This document shows positions 14,072-27,499 of a DNA stretch of 64,000 bases, one piece after another. Numbering within the stretch: the first letter of the stretch is position 1; every line of letters begins with the position of its first letter. The notes beneath the pieces are model-generated. The model worked only from the letters and a program-made list of their open reading frames with translations. It searched no databases and was not told the origin of the DNA. Both the position numbers and the translations under genes were made by a program. Source of the DNA: the human T2T-CHM13v2.0 reference genome, Homo sapiens; NCBI RefSeq assembly GCF_009914755.1, contig NC_060930.1; one strand, 5' to 3'.

Positions 14072-14708
14072 TTAACACCATATGAATTCAATATGATAAA
14101 AAGTAACCAGCATGCAGGGTTGTTAAGAGGATGATACCTATTCAGATTACCACTGTGAAATTCTTCCAGTGCTGCGTAAGAAGAATTAAGATGTATTAAA
14201 CAAAAACATTTATTTTGCCTAGGGAGAAATTTCACAGAATAGTAAGCATAATTAAATCAACCCCTTCAATATTTGATGTTATCTAAACCAGTCTGGGCAT
14301 ACCACAGTTCTTAACTGGTCTTTTAAAATTGTCTTTCATCTGCACATATAGAGCCAAGATAGTACTGCTGCAATCAAATTTACAGAGATTGCCACCTGCT
14401 GTTTGAAAAACATTTTACAGATCTATTTATGAAAAAGATAGTGTACCTTATTTGCCGGGCTTGTTTGCTGGCTTTCATGACTTAAGGCAGGTTAAAAAAA
14501 TATCACATAAAACTAAAAAAAAAATTATATACACTACACATTTTTGTTATTATTAACATTTTCATTTTACTCTTTTCAATTATATGAGATGAAAATAACC
14601 ATAAATTACTTACAAGCATATAGATACCGTTTTCATAATTAAAAAGAATTCTTGAATCAGCTAAATAATTTAAACATCACTACTTATACAGGGGCAAAGA
14701 AAAATAAA

Positions 14709-14711
<3 letters not shown>

Positions 14712-14744
<33 letters not shown>
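14712..14744 (+). repeat. (TG)n microsatellite
   Basis: Directly visible. Confidence 0.95.
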
Positions 14745-14746
<2 letters not shown>

Positions 14747-16556
14747 ATATACACCAAGCTTTTGAATATATCCTTGTCTGGTGCATTTATATAAACAAAA
14801 ATTGCATTGTCCATCAGAAATTGTGTGTGACTGTTAATTTCAAAAATACCTCTGCTTTCTTAGAGAATTTTTTTAATTTACAAAAGGGGTTTTTCTTTCA
14901 TATTAATTATTTAACTTTTTATGTGCAGTCACATCATCCCCATATTATTTTATCAAGTTTTTGATAACTGTTTTCCATATTGTACTTGATTTATATACTG
15001 GAATTCCAACTCTGTTCAATGTCCTCTCTGTAGTCAATGTGTATTACTGTTGTGATTATGAGTATAGCGTTCCTAATTTCAGCCATTATATTGCTTCAAA
15101 TTTACACACTGACAATATAAATTGAGAAAACTTTCAAATTACCATAACATTTTTCTAAGGCATCTTTGTCTTTGTGTTAACAACAAAGCTTCAACAATTT
15201 TTTTAAACAATATGCTTTTTCTAGTATTATTTTTAGTCTATTCATTCTTAATTTTTCTTCAAGTTGCTGAAAACAACTACTGTTTATTTTATACTTCACT
15301 TAATTTGGAGTCAAAACAAATTAATCAAGTTTACTAAGAGGCCTTTTGTTGTCAGGAAGGAGAAATATATATGAACATCTTTGTTTGAATAATTAATGAA
15401 AATAATGATTAATCATCTGGATCTAATCTAAAGCTGTTATGATGTCTACTGAAAATGAAAAATAAAACTATTTTCCCCTCAAGATTAGGATATTTCTTTG
15501 CTGGTAGATAGATTAAATAAAAGTATTAAAAGTGTCATCATTGATGACAAAAAATATATTTCTTTTGTTTTCATAAAAAATAATTGTAGAAATAAGAAAA
15601 CATTTTTTAAAAATAATGCTAGTTGGGCTATAGAATAGCTACAGGGAAGATAATAAGTGGTCCAATTTTTAAATTGGTCAGACTCACCAGATAATGGTTT
15701 CATTTATCTCAATCTCATTGTGTATCCTCAGGCTTTGAAGGTTAAAATGGTAGGATGGTAATAGCTCCCCTAATTTTATTAATTGCTACAATGTCATACA
15801 TAATATTTTTTAGGTTTTTAGTTTGATTTTCACCCCAATATTCCCCTGGTTAATAATATTCAGAAAGCATGTGTTACTGCTGGACTGTCCTAAGTTTACA
15901 TTCTAGCTTCGTAGGAACCACTTTGCCCTGCTCCCAGGAGAAGGGCTTGCTACTTCTATAACTCCAATTCTAGGATCATTACTCTTTAGTCATTAACTGC
16001 TAAGTTGGAACCTACCATTTACAAGTAAAAATTACACTTTATTTATACATAAAATTTCGTTCTTGGAACCACAGCTGCTTTGTCTGTAAGTGGTGGGTGA
16101 GGCCTCCAGGTTAAATGTGCTGATAAACACTTGTGAAGTAAGTCAGCCATATCATAAATGTATACAATATTAGCAACTTAGACCAGAAATGTAGGAATTA
16201 TTGTGATGTTTATCTATAAATATTCATACTAAAGGAGGGCAGCCGTAGTGTTGGTAATGCAAAATTTGTCTTGAACACTGTAATACACTTGTATTAGGAT
16301 TTGGTGCCCTATAATATAGCGAATGTGATCCCCATCCCCACCCTGCTTACGAAAAATGTGATTCTGGAAGTGACGGTTCCTTATTTGTATAAGGTTGCTC
16401 TCCAACAGGATTATGCCTCCTCTGGAGACCAGGAGAGTCTTCCTTTGGTCTCTAAGTAATTGTCTTTTAACTTAGCTTCAGTAGGAAAGAAGAAGAACAA
16501 AGCTTGCCTACTTTGCACTCCTATCTTCTTTTGAGTGCCTCCCTCATTGTCCAAAG

Positions 16557-16747
16557 CAGTGCTTCCCAAACTTCAGTGTACATAGGAATCATCCAGAGAG
16601 CTTGTTAAAACACAGATTCCTGAGCCAGATCCCCCCAGCCATTCTGACTCAGTAGGTCTTGAATGAGCCTGAGAATCTGCATTTTTATGAAGGTCTCAGG
16701 TGATGCTGAAGATGCTGGTCTGCAAATCATCCTTTCAGTTGCACTAA
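16557..16747. mobile_element. MER5A-like hAT-Charlie MITE
   Basis: cagtgcttcccaaactt...gaatca...gcttgttaaaacacagattcctgagcc...gagaatctgcatttt...caggtgatgctga. Confidence 0.8.
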
Positions 16748-17620
16748 CTTATAGTAAAAATAATAATGATAAGGTGATAAAATTAACAAAGAAGTGGAAT
16801 ACAGTCCTCTACCTCTGTTCCACTGGAGAAAGTTGAAATATCACCTCAACAAAATTGCAAAATTTTATTTTTTTCATCCTTTTTCATAAACGATGAGGGA
16901 TTCTTTCTGGAATTGGTTGATAATGAAAACACAATTCATTTTGAATGCCTCTAGCCAACTCATGTTTCAGCCAAAATAAGATCTCTTTACAGCAGTCATT
17001 TAAAGAAAAATAGGACTATTAACTAGCTGTTGTGCACAAAGAAAGATGGTTTAGTCATTATCCAACTCTCAGTTCTCCAATCCTCATTTTTCCTCTACCA
17101 CGAAGAGCAGGAGAAACAACTTGGGTATCATTTGAACAAGTCTGATGTAAAACCAGGCACTGCCAGGACACAGATCTGCAGTCCTGATGTTGTCAGCCCC
17201 AGCATCTCTCTTCCTGAGCAGTATATTTTCCCTGCCTCTTATCCCCCACAGGTATTAGCTAATTAGCTAATATATACACATACACTTATAAAATACTTGG
17301 TGTGGGGATGGTGTCATGGAGGAAGATGAGGTCTTAGCTCACTTTGACTTATTTTCTCCTCAGGTTCCAGTTAGTAGAATAGTGAACTAATCACTACTGA
17401 TACAAATATTTTTGTCTTTGAGACAAATTTAACAAGTTAGATTCTTCTAAACTAAACTCTTGAACCACTCAATTTTAAGACTGAATGTAATCATTATTAG
17501 AAACCCAAATATGTCAGCATAAAATTTGCATTTCTTTTCTAAAGAGAAAATACACTACTCCATAATGAAATATTTGCATACAAATTGACACCTGCTTTAC
17601 CTTGTTCATTTCAAACCAAG

Positions 17621-17737
17621 TTTAATTAAGCACAAACAGTACTTTTTAAAGCTCCTATTTCATTGGAATTTATATTATTTAATTAAGCACAAATAGTACT
17701 TTTTAAAGCTCCTATTCCTTTGGAATTTATATTATTT
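17621..17737 (+). repeat. 57-bp tandem duplication (2 copies)
   Basis: 17621-17677 vs 17678-17734, 3 mismatches. Confidence 0.95.
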
Positions 17738-20127
17738 TCTGCTTTCAGATATTATCTGTATACTCTTTAAGGAATTATGTTATTACCTGTTGCATTCTTC
17801 AAAAGGTTAAAGCAAGTTTTGACTGCATATTTTTGGGAATAGCAAATTAGGCCCTACTCAAGTGTCCATACCAGTTGTTAACCTAAAACCAGCCACTGAG
17901 TTTAATGGTGACAGTAGGTGGCACTAGGTATTGACTTCTTTAATATTAAATGTTCTATTTGTTCTTGCCAAGTCACTTCAGATAAATAGTAAAAAGCAGG
18001 AAAATGAATTAGAACTTGAAGATATCCCATAGATGAGAGAGACCACCTGTTGCTTTTAATAAATACCTAAAATAGTATCCAATCTTCTCAAAAAGGATGA
18101 GTTTTACCACCTATTTTAGTCTACAGTTCTGCAGCAAATCAAGCTGAGTTGTATGGGCAGACTTGGGGAAGAACCGCTGAGATCTAAAAGAATTAATAAC
18201 AGATAGTACTACTGTGGCTACAGTATGTATACCAGATGCCCATTATTCAAACCTGTTGCTATGGAGATAATTATTGTCATAATTCATTTTATCAGATTTT
18301 CTTCAGATGAGACTTTGATCAGACTCTTACAGTTTCTGCCATGAATTGCTTAAAAAGCAATTTTCTGTAATCTTATATTACCCTACCTTGTTCAATTTAG
18401 AAATATTTAGCAACATGCTGATCATTCTCAAATTGAAAAGAAAAATTTAAGCACCACCTTTTACTATTTTTTTATTTATTCTTTTCATCCCTTATTGTTT
18501 TTCTGGGAAAAAATAAACTTTAGGAACTGTTTAACAATTATTTTAAATTAAGAGATTTAAAATTACTTTTAAACCTTTTTTGAGCTTAATGTTTACCAAG
18601 ACACTAAATCTGAATATTGGTCTTTGATGTTTCTCATCAACACTTATTTTTCTCACCTTGTGTATCCTGACATATGAATGACCTAAGACTGCCCCAGCAC
18701 TCTTCTCTTTTGTTGATCTCTCTCTCATCAACTATAGCCTCTGTGAGCAACACCCATGAATGTACCTTTATGTCTAATCACTCACAAAAACCTGATAAAG
18801 CTTTCCTACCTGGGACTCAATTCAGACTCTGGGTAACTGGGGGAAACTTTTCTTTGATCACCAGATCCTCTGTGTCATCTGGAGTGATTCCTCATTCTAG
18901 CAATCCCTGTTCCAGATGGAGTCCATCATGGTATTTCTCTCAGTGGCCCTGCTTTCACTTCCTCCTGCCACCAGCTTCCAGTAAGGGAGGAGCAGTGCAG
19001 CAGGAAGAGCCTGAACTATGGAGTCCAACAAAGTACCGACTTGGGCCTTGGTGTCCTCATTTATAAAATAGGGATAATAATATGTGCTGCAGAAGATTAT
19101 TTCAAGGATGAAATGCTGGAGCTAATTAGGATCATCAAGTGGCAGTTCATGTACTCTGTTACCCATATTATGACAACACCTGCCTTCTCTAATCTCTTCC
19201 ACACAGATTTATCTGATTATTCTCTCTTCTTTATAGCCTTGTTCTTATGACTTGCTTTCTCAAAAACTTCTGTGGCTTTTCATTACTGGCCAAATTTCAT
19301 CCTACTGGGATCCTTGAGATTCTAATATTTCTATCAGCTTCAATAGCTTTCCAATGTTATCTCATCCTACTCATTTATGATATATATTTTAATATACATT
19401 TGTTCATATGTGATAGAATCAAGCAGATGCAGCCTCTGGTTTCTGAATACAGGGGTGCATATTCTCCCCTTATGGTGCTGTTTGCACTGTTATTCACTTG
19501 GGCTCCCCTAATGTCCCTGTCCCCTCTCTTATCCTCATCTGTTGATAGGGGAGAATTTGGGAGCCCATCCATTAAGAGATGTCTGCTCTCCTAATAATTC
19601 TTTCTCCCACAATCTCATAAGTGTTCTTTCTTCTTTGAACCCCTATAAATTTGTTTGATATTTCCTTATTATATAGTATTATTATTATATGATTATATCT
19701 GTTGAAATTCCAGCTCATTGCAGATGAACTATCTGTTCTCAGCCTTCTGAATCCCTGATTCTTCACTGAGCCTAGTTAAATATAATAGGTCAAGCCCTTT
19801 TGAATGTTTTTATTTCATATGATAAAAGCTATAACTAATGAAAACATTTATATAAAAGCATATGAATAAAAAGTTTGCAATGACTCTGATGTTAGTGTCT
19901 TACATTTCATGGCCTTTCAGTGTTTCAAAAGTCTGTTCAATGGACTGATTTACTGGAAGAACATTTCTATCACATATATGATTTTTTATATTGTAGTTAT
20001 AAATTGTGGTATGATTCATCTTTCTTTGGAAATAAGTAATTGAGATATGGGAGGTAGGAAAAATATATGTTTCTATAGCGAGTTGTTCAGTTTCCCCAAA
20101 TCTCAGCCCAGCTTATTATTTTAAGCC

Positions 20128-20339
20128 AGAGCTTCTCAAGGCAGTTCTACCCTGTCATGGGAGGATTTGTCCCAGCTGTGCCCAAATAGTGGTTCCTAAA
20201 GCCTCAGAGCAACTGACAAGGCAGGAGACTGTGGCTAGTGGTCTCCAGTCTTCAGTAGCCTTGCCTACTTCTCCCAGTGTGCCTCCAAATACTATCATTT
20301 CTACATATGCTATGACCTAGAGAAGGCTAAGACTCACTG
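20128..20339 (-). mobile_element. MER112-like hAT element
   Basis: cccagtgtgcctccaaatactatcatttctacatatgctatgacc resembles the reverse of MER112; cag...ctg termini. Confidence 0.55.
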
Positions 20340-21829
20340 TCGTCTTTGGCTGTTCCTAAGGTAATACAGAAACTTAGTAAACGTAACTTTCCAGCAAAAT
20401 GTTGAGCATACCCCAGTATAAAATTCAGTATAACTAAAAGTTAGTAAATAGCTTTTTAGAGTTATTCCTCAAAGTTAGTTAGCTAATTTTTTAATTAACT
20501 TTGTTATCAGGTTGAAACTAGAGTGACCTTGTCTGCTAAGTTTAAATATAAAATTATGCAATAATAATACAGAATTTGCTTATGAGTAAGTATATATAAC
20601 ACTGTCCACCAGGTACTTAAACAATCTGCAATATATACCATTTGCTAATAAATTGAAAGTTCATGGTTTGCTAACTTCCAGACTTAAAAACAAATATTTG
20701 CAAAATGTATAAATAACTTGTTTACCACCATAACAATAAAAAGACTCCTCTGCTTAGAGAAGAGGTAAACTTCTCTGAGAATGGACTCAACTATTTGATT
20801 GACCATAGGTCCGTCATCTCTTAGCTTAGTGGCCTCAGGCTAAACACTAAACACTTTCTGTCTTGACTTCCTCATGTTTAAAATGAGAATAACAATTCTG
20901 TTCACAAGGTTATAAGAATTCTGTGAATTAAAATATATAACACAGTAAGAACAATAACTCATAATGTTATGTAAATATTGCTGATATAATTGTATGTTGT
21001 TTCCATTTGAGACAGATTAAAACCATTTCCTATATGAGGAATGCTGTTATGAAACACACTTCATAAACACTCTTCTTTTTCCCACAGACCTTAGCAGCAG
21101 CATGAATTCTTCACATGAGTAGGTACCACCTTGGAAATTAGAGCTGTAAGTCATTGAGCACAGACACTGGATCCGTCTTATTTTCCTCTGCATCCTCCAG
21201 CACAGGGAATTCCCCAAACACAAGAATTCATGAATTGCCAACAAGCGAATTTTGAAATGTGGGTTCTTGAGTAGTACATGTTTTTTTTTGTGTGTGTGTG
21301 TATATCAGCTCTATAGTTTAGAATCAATTTCTTTTTAATGCTGAAATTCTAGCATATGGGGTAAAAACTAATTTTCCACACAAAATTGATTTAAGCCCTG
21401 TATCATTTCTGCTCTTTTTAAGAGACAGAAAATCAGTTTGAATAGACAGATTAACAGCTAATCACTAGGTAATTGCTACCTTACTTTAAGGGGCATGCTA
21501 ACTACATACTTGTGACTTCAAGTATAGTTGTATCTTACAAATGGATTTTTATATCTTTGCACTAGTAAGAGCAAACAGTGAGATCTTTGAGCTGATGAAC
21601 AAAGTTACTATTCCTTTTAGCTAAGGCATACAAAGAGAGAATCCTTCCTATTGCTGCACAATCGTATGCTTTTATGTTCAGTCTAGAGAGTAGCCTCAGC
21701 TAGTTTATTTTCTAATTTACAAAACACACACAAGTGCCATTAAACAGAAAAAATAATTAAAACAAATCTCTATCTCTAGCTTGTTTTCTTCTGGAGCTTG
21801 GATTCCATCATATATATCAATTAACTTTT

Positions 21830-22680
21830 TTATAATACCTGTATGTGCCTAGATATGTCAAACTCAAAACTATTTTCGGCATCTCCTCTCCCAAGTCATC
21901 TCTTCCTCACATGTTGTAGTTCAGGGTCTCGCTAGCACATAAGATATCCTTCCTGGAAACCTGAGTTCTGTGTTTTATTTCTTTATCCTCCTCACCTCTT
22001 ACATACAATCAGCCATAGTGCTGAGCCCATTCTACCTCCTAAATAAATTTTGAATTAATCTACATCCTATGATTCTTCATCCCTTCCCTAATTACATCAT
22101 TTAGATTGTGGTAGGCCTCCCTGTCTTCAGCTCTCTTTCTTTCAACCCTTTCTCCAAACTGCAGGCATAGCAAGCATTTAAAACATTGTCATAAATTTCC
22201 CTTGCCCCTAATATAAAGTCAAGATCCTTGCTTACCTCATCATATATTACCCCTCCTCCTGCTGAATCACCCACCTCTACTTATCCCCAGCTTTACACTT
22301 TACCCTTTCTGAAACGGTCACCTTCTTGGTTATTCCCAGTTCTCTTTGCTCCCTGGATTTTCCCACATGTGGTTCCCAGGACACACTCTCCCCTTCTTCA
22401 TTGGTGGAAGTCCTGCTTCTCCTTTACACCTCAACCTGGACATCCCTCTGGAAATCTTCCACTGACACACTCTTCCCTAAGGTACTCCCAGAGCAGCCAG
22501 GGCTTCTCAGCTTAGAGTGGGCATCCTGTGTACTGTAATTCCTCAAATTATCATCTTTATGACCATTTTAGGAGTCAAGAGACATCGACTATTCTTACTT
22601 AGCCTTTTCTATGTGTAGTATTTAACAAGGTGACTGGGATATGCTGGGTGCCCAGTAAATATTTGTTGAATGAATGAATT
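21830..22680 (+). mobile_element. L2 remnant with 3' end
   Basis: Pyrimidine-rich L2-like body ending cccagtaaatatttgttgaatgaatgaa. Many similar L2 pieces occur elsewhere (e.g. ~6430-6930, 39420-40900, 51970-52740, 62900-63500). Confidence 0.65.
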
Positions 22681-24074
22681 CTATAAGTGGCACTGAGAAG
22701 TACCTAGAAAGATCCCACTACTGGGGAATTCATAAAGATGAGATGGCAGAAAATCAATTGTTATTTTAATGTCTAAAGCTATTTTGCTTTTGGTATAAGC
22801 ATAAATCGACCTATTTTCTGAGATAGACTCTTCAAAGAATGCCAAGTCACCTTTGATAAAATAGTTAAAGCAGCTGTACCATTTGACATTACTACTAAAA
22901 AGCTGAAAACCCTGGACCAGTTTGCACCTGTGAATCTATGATTTCCCCTGCCATCTTCCTTTTTAAAAATAATAATAATTTGTGTAGTGGATTTCTGTCT
23001 CCAAGAAGCACAATGAATCCAAGGCTTCATAAATTTACTGTGGAACAAAACAAAAAGTTGTTGACATCTCTAGGTTTAAAAAATTATTGACTTTTGCTTT
23101 TCATTTTGTTTGGCTGTTTGTAGGCAGACCAAACTGATAGTCATTAAGAAGATAAAATTCAGTAATAGAAAGATGTGGTTGGTCAAAGGAAAACAACTAT
23201 TTAATCAGCTTCTTCCTGAACCAGAGTGAGGATGTGTGTAGGGCACATTGGGGGATTCTAAAAAACGGTCCTATAGGATCTTAGTAAGTCAGATATAGCC
23301 CTCCAAGGCCAAACTTAGTCATTACATGATACCCTGGAAACATCTTTTGACTAATTTTTAAGGTAACTGTAGTAGCTAACCTCCCTATCTTTCTGCTCCT
23401 AACTGGACACGGCTATCTACTGCTAGAGGATCCACCCCCCACCTCCACCCCCGCCCCACACACAACGTCTACAGTATTTTTGCAAAATCATCTTCATTCT
23501 CTGCGATCTTAAGAAATAGGGTAATTCAAAAACAGATCTAGCCAAAAGAGAAAAATAAATCAGCTAAAAACATGTATAGATGTTACAAGGTGACAGGAAA
23601 GTGCTTTGGAGAAAGATAAAGGAGAGGAAGGGGTGGGAGTGTTTGAGGGGCAGTCAGTGGGGTCTGAGAATGTGAGGTTTGAGAAAAGATTGAAGGCGGG
23701 AAAGACATGAGTCATGCAGACATGTTTGAGGGGGAGGAAGCGGGGGATAGTCAAAGCAGAAAGAACCTGCACACAAGCTCTGAGGTTGCAGTCGGCCTGT
23801 AGTACTGAAGAAGGGTGGAGAAGGCCTGTGCAGCTGGTGGGAAGCTGTGACAGTGGAGCAGGGAAGAGGAGAGGTAAGCTGTAACTGATGCTAGTTTAAT
23901 CATTAAACATTGTACTTGCATGAAGAGAGGACGTTTTATTTTTCCCCAACTATTTGCCTTAAAAAAAAATGAAGCATTGACTTATTTCACATATTTACTC
24001 TTACTCCCCACCTTGATTTTGAACCCATCAGATTCCGCAGCCGGCCCAGTAAACATTTCGCCCTACTGGCTCAC

Positions 24075-24093
24075 TAGTGCCATCTAGTGGCTA
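24075..24093 (-). promoter_or_regulatory. Candidate CTCF binding site
   Basis: Minus strand reads TAGCCACTAGATGGCACTA, a near-ideal match to the CTCF core; surrounding CpGs are retained. Confidence 0.75.
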
Positions 24094-24679
24094 AGGTTTG
24101 CAATGACCACATTTTCTAACTACACATTTGACCGTGGGGGAGGGGCAGGGAGCAACGAAGTACCTTTTGCCAGAATAATACTAAGTGTGAAAAACTTTCT
24201 GATACCCCGACAGGGAAATGAAGAAGTTCATGATACAAATTGAATCTTCGTTTTCTTATGTCACGACTGAATCAGGAAATCTAGTATTCAACTATAGCAA
24301 CAGGTTTTATTAAATGTGTTTCAAAGTTCACCAATGGAACTAAAGGAAATTTGAATTTCAAAGCATTGAAAACCAAAAAGATAGTACAAGTGAAGCAAAA
24401 GTGAAAGATTATAAATGAAGAGATAATGAGGGAGATAATAAACAGAAGTGGGATGTATGGATGGAGCAAAAAGAATAATCAAATATGACAGTCAGATTAG
24501 ATTAACTATTGCCATGTCATTATTAAAAACGGACGAGTCGTTGTATCTAGAATTCAATTATGTAATAACCTATTCATGATGTATTTTTTGAACTTTAACA
24601 TTTGTTCTAATTCTCCTTCTTTTAGTATTCTATAATAGTTTTTGGTTGGCATTTATAGAAACATGAATATCATTTATTA

Positions 24680-24854
24680 CACTACTGTCCAACATAGTTG
24701 TTATTTCAATTTAAATGTACATTAACTAAAATCAAATAAAATCCAAAATTCACTTCTCAATTGCACTAGCCACATTTTCCTAGCACCTACCATACTGAAC
24801 AGTGAAAATATAAAACATTTCTATCATTGAAAAAATTTTATTGGACAGTGCTGG
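24680..24854. mobile_element. MER33/MER3-like hAT MITE
   Basis: ctgtccaa...aaattcacttctcaattgcactagccacatttt...ttattggacagtgctg. Confidence 0.7.
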
Positions 24855-26108
24855 TATGTTATTTCCCCAGTAAAAGTGATTTCTTTAATGAAAGTGTTTT
24901 GAACACCTACTGTATACTAGATACCACTGTAGTTCATTACAACAGATTAAAAAGATAAAGTAAAACCTGGCTAGTCTAAAAAGCAACACTGGGGAATTGG
25001 GGAGGTTCACAGATATAACCAAGTATTTTCAATCTGTTGTGAGAAGGGCTATAATATTCATATATTCAATAACTGAGATATTAGGAAAGAGTTATTGGAG
25101 AATACATCATTTAAGCAGCATTTTAAGGATAAATAGGAATTTTACCCCTCAAAATAAGAATATCCATGGGTTTCACATCTGTGGATTGAACCAACCACAG
25201 ATCAAAAATATTCAGGAAAATTAACTGTGTGGCTGCTGCATAGGAGAGTAAATATGAGCCGTGATGGGAATGGTAGGCTACAGCCCTTATGAGCAGGGCC
25301 TTTGGATCACACTAAGCACAGCTATCTTAGTTCTTTCTGTGTTATCCTGTCAGTACTGGAGAAGCATGGGAGGGTTTTAAGCAGAAAATTGTGGGATTAA
25401 ACTTTATCTTAGAGATTACTCTTTTGATGTGGCATGAAAATTGGATTAAGGGGGCAGATGGAGGAGAACAGTACCACTTACTACCCAGCTCCTCAACTCA
25501 GAAAGCAAGCATCATCCTTGACCCCTTTGTCTTCCTAAGTTCTCACATAGTTTTGTCTACCTCTTCAATTTACCTTGTATCCACCAATTTTTCTCATCTT
25601 TAGTCTAATCATCCTACCTAAAGCCATCAATGTTTCAGGGTTGAAGCACTGCACTGGTCTCCTCCACGGCATTGGCCATCTATTCTACCCACAGAAGGCA
25701 AACTATCTTAAAATTTAAAATTGAATCATTTCACTTTTTTAGAACCCTTCAATGGCTGCCCATGTGGCCCTATAGGCTCTAATCATGGCCTCTCTCACCA
25801 GACCATTACTCTATACTTGGTCTTACTCTTCTCCTTCCAGCCCTGCTGAACTCGATGCCCCAAGCTCTTCCTTGCTTCAAGGCCTTTGCACAAATTGTTT
25901 CCTCTGCCTGGAGCATTTATTGTACCGCACACTGCCAGTTTTAATTATATGTCACTTTCTCCAGGAAGCCTTCCTTGATTCTTCAGTTTTTAGGTTAAAA
26001 TAGCACCCTGTACTTACTATTTGAAGTGCTCATCATAATTGTACTCAAGTAATTTTTTGTTTCACCTTGCCTCCTCCCTTTGACTAAAAGAATGTCTAGG
26101 TAGACTAC

Positions 26109-26440
26109 TTTTCTTTTCTTCTTTCTTTTTTTTTTTTTAAATGGAATCTTGATCTGTCACCCAGGCTGGAGTGCAGTGACACGATCTTGGCTCACTGCAA
26201 ACCCTGCCTCCCGGGTTCAAGCAATTCTTCTGCTTCAGCACCTGTAGCTGGGATCTTCCTCCTTCTGCTTCAGCACCTGTAGCAGGGACTACAGGTGCAC
26301 GCCACCACACCCAGCTAATTGTTGTATTTTTAGTAGAGATGGGGTTTCATCAGGCTGGTCTTGAACTCCTGATCTCATGATCTGCCCGCCTTGGCCTCCC
26401 AAAGTGCTGGGATTACAGGCATGAGCCACTGTGCCTGTCC
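26109..26440 (-). mobile_element. AluS with internal 27-bp duplication
   Basis: Alu body; cttctgcttcagcacctgtagc(t/a)ggga at 26227-26253 and 26262-26288. Confidence 0.9.
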
Positions 26441-26946
26441 CAGACTGCATTTCTTATGCACCATTGGTTCTTCTAAAGCAGGGCCTAGCACCATGTTACA
26501 TTAACAGGGCCTAGCTCTAGCACATATTAGGTAAAAATGTAGCCTAGCACATGTTAGTGCTAGCACAGGTCCTAGGACACAGGCCCAACACATGTGAGGT
26601 AAGTGCATGAAATAACCAATGAGGTTGTTCCCCTAATTTAACCAGGACAGAATGAATGCCTGGGTGAGTGGTGGAGGTAAAATCATGGAAGGTTAAGAGT
26701 AAGATAAGGATGACTAGAAGATGGATCCAATGGTTTTAGTTACGGGAACAAGATTGTAGTACCATTAGCAGAGTTAGGAATTTCAAGGAGAGGAAACAAG
26801 CAGCATTGTGGAGAATAATACTGGGAATTGAAGTGTGAGCAGCTTCACCTGAGATTTCTTTGGAATAGCCAAGTAAAAAATGCCACTCAGAAACTGGCTA
26901 CGCCAGCCTAAACCCAAGAAAGATACCTGAACCAAAGAAACACATA

Positions 26947-27499
26947 TAGTTGGCCGTCAGTATTCATGGGTTTCATCTCTGTGGATTGAACCAACCACAA
27001 ATCAAATATTCAGAAAAAAATGACGTCTGTATTGAACATGTACAAAGTTTTTTCTAGTCATTATTTCCTAAACAATACAGTATAGCAACTATTTATATAG
27101 CATTTACATTGAGTTAAATATTATAAATAGTATATAGATGATGTCTTATGGTACAGTCATACCTTGGTTCCAGGACCCTGTGTCTACTAAAATCCTGTCT
27201 ACTCAATGCCTGCAGACCACCCTGCAGAATCTGTGTGTTGGAAAAGTCTGCCCTTCTTAGATGCAGGTCTCACATCTTGCCAATATCGTATTTTCAATAA
27301 GTGTTTAGTTGAAAAAAATCCACATATAAGTGGACCCATGCAGCTCAAACCTGTGTTGTTCAAGGATTAACTGTGTACAGGAGGAAGAGCGTAGGTTTCA
27401 AATACTATACCATTTTATATCAGGGAGTTGAGCATCAGTGAATTTTGGTATCTGCAGGAGATCCTGGTACAAATCCCCCATAGATGACAGGGATGACTG
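26947..27499. mobile_element. MER2 (TcMar-Tigger) interrupted by nested MER8
   Basis: MER2-like ends tagttggccgtcagtattcatggg... and ...cagggatgactg|ta; the two halves are separated by the insert at 27154-27373. Confidence 0.8.
27154..27373 (-). mobile_element. MER8 (Tigger-derived) nested in MER2
   Basis: ta|cagtc...aaaatccacatataagtggacccatgcagctcaaacctgtgttgttcaaggattaactg. Confidence 0.75.

Noticed and set aside
17621-17737. CRISPR-like or regularly spaced repeat array anywhere in the window
   Set aside because: Only two-copy duplications and microsatellites were seen. There is no repeat-spacer periodicity and the context is eukaryotic.
23432-23457. C-rich tract with G-quadruplex potential on the minus strand
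   Set aside because: Short and irregular, with no supporting context.
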